A DNA stretch of 64,000 nt from an uncultured Chthonomonadaceae bacterium (GTDB lineage: Bacteria > Armatimonadota > Chthonomonadetes > Chthonomonadales > Chthonomonadaceae), in the NCBI GenBank assembly GCA_963817895.1, contig CAWFQB010000004.1, positions 32,001-96,000 on the forward strand, read 5' to 3'. Made by a program: the position numbers and the translations under genes. Positions within the stretch are counted from its first letter, which is position 1, and each line of letters begins with the position of its first letter. Positions 61,480 to 64,000 of the stretch are shown here, piece by piece. Below the pieces are notes generated by a model. That model searched no databases. It was given only the letters and a program-made list of their open reading frames with translations, and had not been told where the DNA came from.

Positions 61480-64000
61480 TTACTTCCCCTCATAGTCCAT
61501 CGTCATTGTTTCCGGTTTGACAGCAGGCGCGGTTACAGAGATACTACGCCCTCGGCCCCAGGCTATTACGGCTTCGAGCAGGGTGCGCTCACGGGACTGT
61601 GGTGCGTGCATTTCGGCAAACGCCTGTGCCACGCGCCAGAACAGATCGTTGTCGCCCAAGCCGTGCCGAGAGGCATATTCGGCAACGCGCGTGACATCAC
61701 CGCCAGCCCACTCGCGTACAAGTCGGTGCAGCATATCAATATAGAGCACACCATCCGTAGGATGCGGTTCTCCCAGGTCGTCACGCTTGCGCTCATCCCA
61801 ACGCAGCAGGCGCAGTTCTGATCCGCTGCCGCCACCAGTTTCATCGGCATCGGCGGGCGCGTCTGGAGCATCTTCATCTACTGCGGGTGCAGGTTTGCTT
61901 TTCGCTTTGCCCAAGATACCGCGCGGCCCGGACAACGCTCCCAAAGCGAGATTATACGCACTCGACAGCAAAATACATTCTCCAACCGGCGCACCCTCAA
62001 TACCGAAGTTGCTTTGGTGCATTAAGGCGTAGCGCGTCCACTCATCCAGACCTTCCGTGCCTCCCTCTACAATTTGCCCCAGCGCAAAATCAGTGGTGAT
62101 GCGGCGCACTTCCTTCAAAAACTCACTGACAGAAAATGGCTTGGCATCGTTGCGACGCACTTCATCATACGCGGAAAATGCTTCAAGGCCGGGGCCGACG
62201 GCGGCCCATAAGAAGTCAGGCCCGCGTACACCGATGTCCCAAAAATAGCGCAGGCGTTCTGTGATGCGCTCCTTCATGCGCGGCTGGACTTGTTTGTACC
62301 AGCCTTTGCCTGCATCAGCAGGACGCTTGCGGCAGACCAGCCACACGGAGGAGGACAATGCGGCAGAATTCTGTGCGCGCGTCCGGTTGCCCATTTCGGT
62401 ATCGATGGGCCATGACGCCGTAACAACAAACCCTGCGCGTATCATGGCAGCCGTAAGTGTTTCCCAGGCATCCGGCTGTTTATGCGCGAATACAACCACC
62501 ATGCGTCCATCTGTTTTCAGGGCGCGACAAGCAGCGCAAAATGCCTCCGCCATGCCGTCCTCATAAAACTGCTTCGCAGCCTCCTTATTCGCATGTCGGT
62601 CTGCGTGCTGCACCAATTCGCCGCGTTTGGGTGTGAGTGGTTCCGCAAAGGTCGCTCCGTAAGCATCCCCAACCGTGCGCCGCAACCATACATAGAAGAA
62701 GTCCGACAAGTCAGCATACGGAATGGCATCATAATACGGTGGGTCTGTCACAACAGCGTCGAAAATGTTACTGCCAGCCACTTCGGTTGCAGACCCATTT
62801 ATCATGTCAACTGCATTGCCGGACACTGCTTCGCACGCATGTTTCACGACAAGTTCAATCCACTCGATGCCACCCCAATAACCTCCTGTTGTATCACTTG
62901 TTGTCTTGACTTCTGTGAAATCCCAGTTCATCGAGAAGCGCAAAACGCGAGAAGGTGTTGGACATTTTTTCGCCGCTGACATGCCAATGTGTGAATACTG
63001 CTGCCATAATCTGCAAGACGGTCAATGGCAATGGCAAGATAAGCCGTCACTCCTTCAGGCAGGATAGTGCGATCCGCAGTGGTAATGAAAGCATACGCAA
63101 TTTGCATTGCGGCACGGGCAACCCGCGTGTGCTTGACGAATGTTCCTAGCGCGAACAATTGACGTGGTGTGAACAGTTTGCCCCATTGGTCTAATCCATA
63201 CTGCGCCACGTTAAAGGCTGAACCGCCGCCTGTTCGACTGGCACCAACAGGAGTTGGCTCGCATGGCAACCCATACGGCAGTTGAGCGGCAAGAGTGTCC
63301 ACCGCATCCAGCGCACTTTCTGCGGCCTCATCCTCATACGGTGTTGGCGGGCGATACTCCTTGCCAGGCTTGATGCCCGCCTGCAAACGAGCCGTGCGCA
63401 CTTGGGGCAAATTTTTGGGAGCCTGTGGCACGTCCACGACAACGGCTGTGCAAATTGCCCCCATCTGCCCATTTTTGCCGCACGATTGCAGATAATCGCT
63501 TCGCAGGAAAACGCCCGTTTTGCCATCGCCAGTAGGTGGGACACTGCACGCCCGTTCGTAGACATTGTGCCTGATACCTACCTCGCTGTCATGCGCAGGC
63601 GTGAACACCTCGAAATCGAAGCGGTTGTGGCGCGCATTGTACTCCATGCGGAGGGCGCGTTTTTTGCCCGCCTTTTTGCACAGCCACATGGTTTTCAACA
63701 GCGGCACACGCAGGCCATTCAATCGTGGATCGGGGTGCGGCACGGTGCGTGCCCATAGATAGGCCACGGTCGGGCAAAGAGGATTTATGTCGCTTTCCGG
63801 CGCGTCAGGGTTGAGCGGCAGCGTAGGATAATACGCGGCTAGATCGCGGCGGGCGCGTTCCAGCACCCAGTTGCCCCACCAGCGCACATGCGCGGCAAGA
63901 TCGCCGGTCTGCACGGGAACATCCTCGCCCAGGGCGCGCTGTGTACCGTCGAGAGCCAGTGCGCCCTGCTTGGGCATCAGGCCCGGCTCCGATTCTGCCG
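61480..64000 (-). CDS. DUF1156 adenine DNA methyltransferase; 5' end outside the window; frameshift near 62960
   Basis: VAYLWARTV, LFTPRQL, TDPPYYDAIPYADLSDFFYVWLRR, VFAHK..AWE and LSSSVWLVCRKR motifs. Confidence 0.9.

Noticed and set aside
260..62982. Numerous frameshifts (about 284, 2260, 11080, 18325, 25912, 27495, 35740, 43140, 43615, 59775, 62960) read as programmed frameshifting or phase variation
   Set aside because: They are spread over unrelated genes, often at short homopolymers, with otherwise intact motifs. Long-read indel error is the simpler explanation, and raw reads are needed to decide.
212..63777. Many antisense or overlapping ORFs in the track (e.g. 10816..11568, 21838..22497, 35732..36403, 42832..43617)
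   Set aside because: They are shadow frames of better-supported genes on the other strand in GC-rich DNA.

Overview
Bacterial accessory/defence region, GC-rich by eye. A prepilin-like gene and the style of the small membrane proteins suggest Armatimonadota (inference). Many genes carry single-base indels, often in homopolymer runs, which probably reflect long-read errors. (1) 1-8 kb: small enzymes (VOC, phosphotransferase, GNAT, NUDIX) and hypotheticals. (2) About 5.9-23 kb: a nearly single-strand array of small membrane or secreted genes. Between 8.6 and 19.2 kb it holds eight genes plus one orphan tail that share a constant N-terminal block (MEPKTGKRIVSKGEY-like, with a shared GAGGCGCAGGG-ATG leader) and a constant ~55-aa C-terminal tail of periodic LxRA motifs around unrelated middles. 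These alternate with unrelated partner genes, several of them membrane-anchored ankyrin proteins. This is the best candidate for an undescribed system. (3) 23-31.5 kb: an EACC1-like gene with a caspase-Ski2-like helicase fusion, then a Prim-Pol replication gene and a phage-like XRE switch. (4) 31.6-41 kb: a citrate synthase pair, and imuB interrupted by an IS3-family element with a TAG duplication, followed by dnaE2. (5) 41-49.5 kb: PAS kinases, a receiver protein, two HNH proteins, SRAP and an ABM monooxygenase. (6) 50-64 kb: a defence island with remnants of pAgo, type ISP R-M and BrxL, an AEP-like Rep with an XRE gene, and a DUF1156/DUF499 (Gao restriction-like) locus with two inserted accessory genes. 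GC-armed palindromes with a GAAAATTTTC-like apex recur at gene 3' ends. No rRNA, tRNA, CRISPR array, integrase or reverse transcriptase was recognised.
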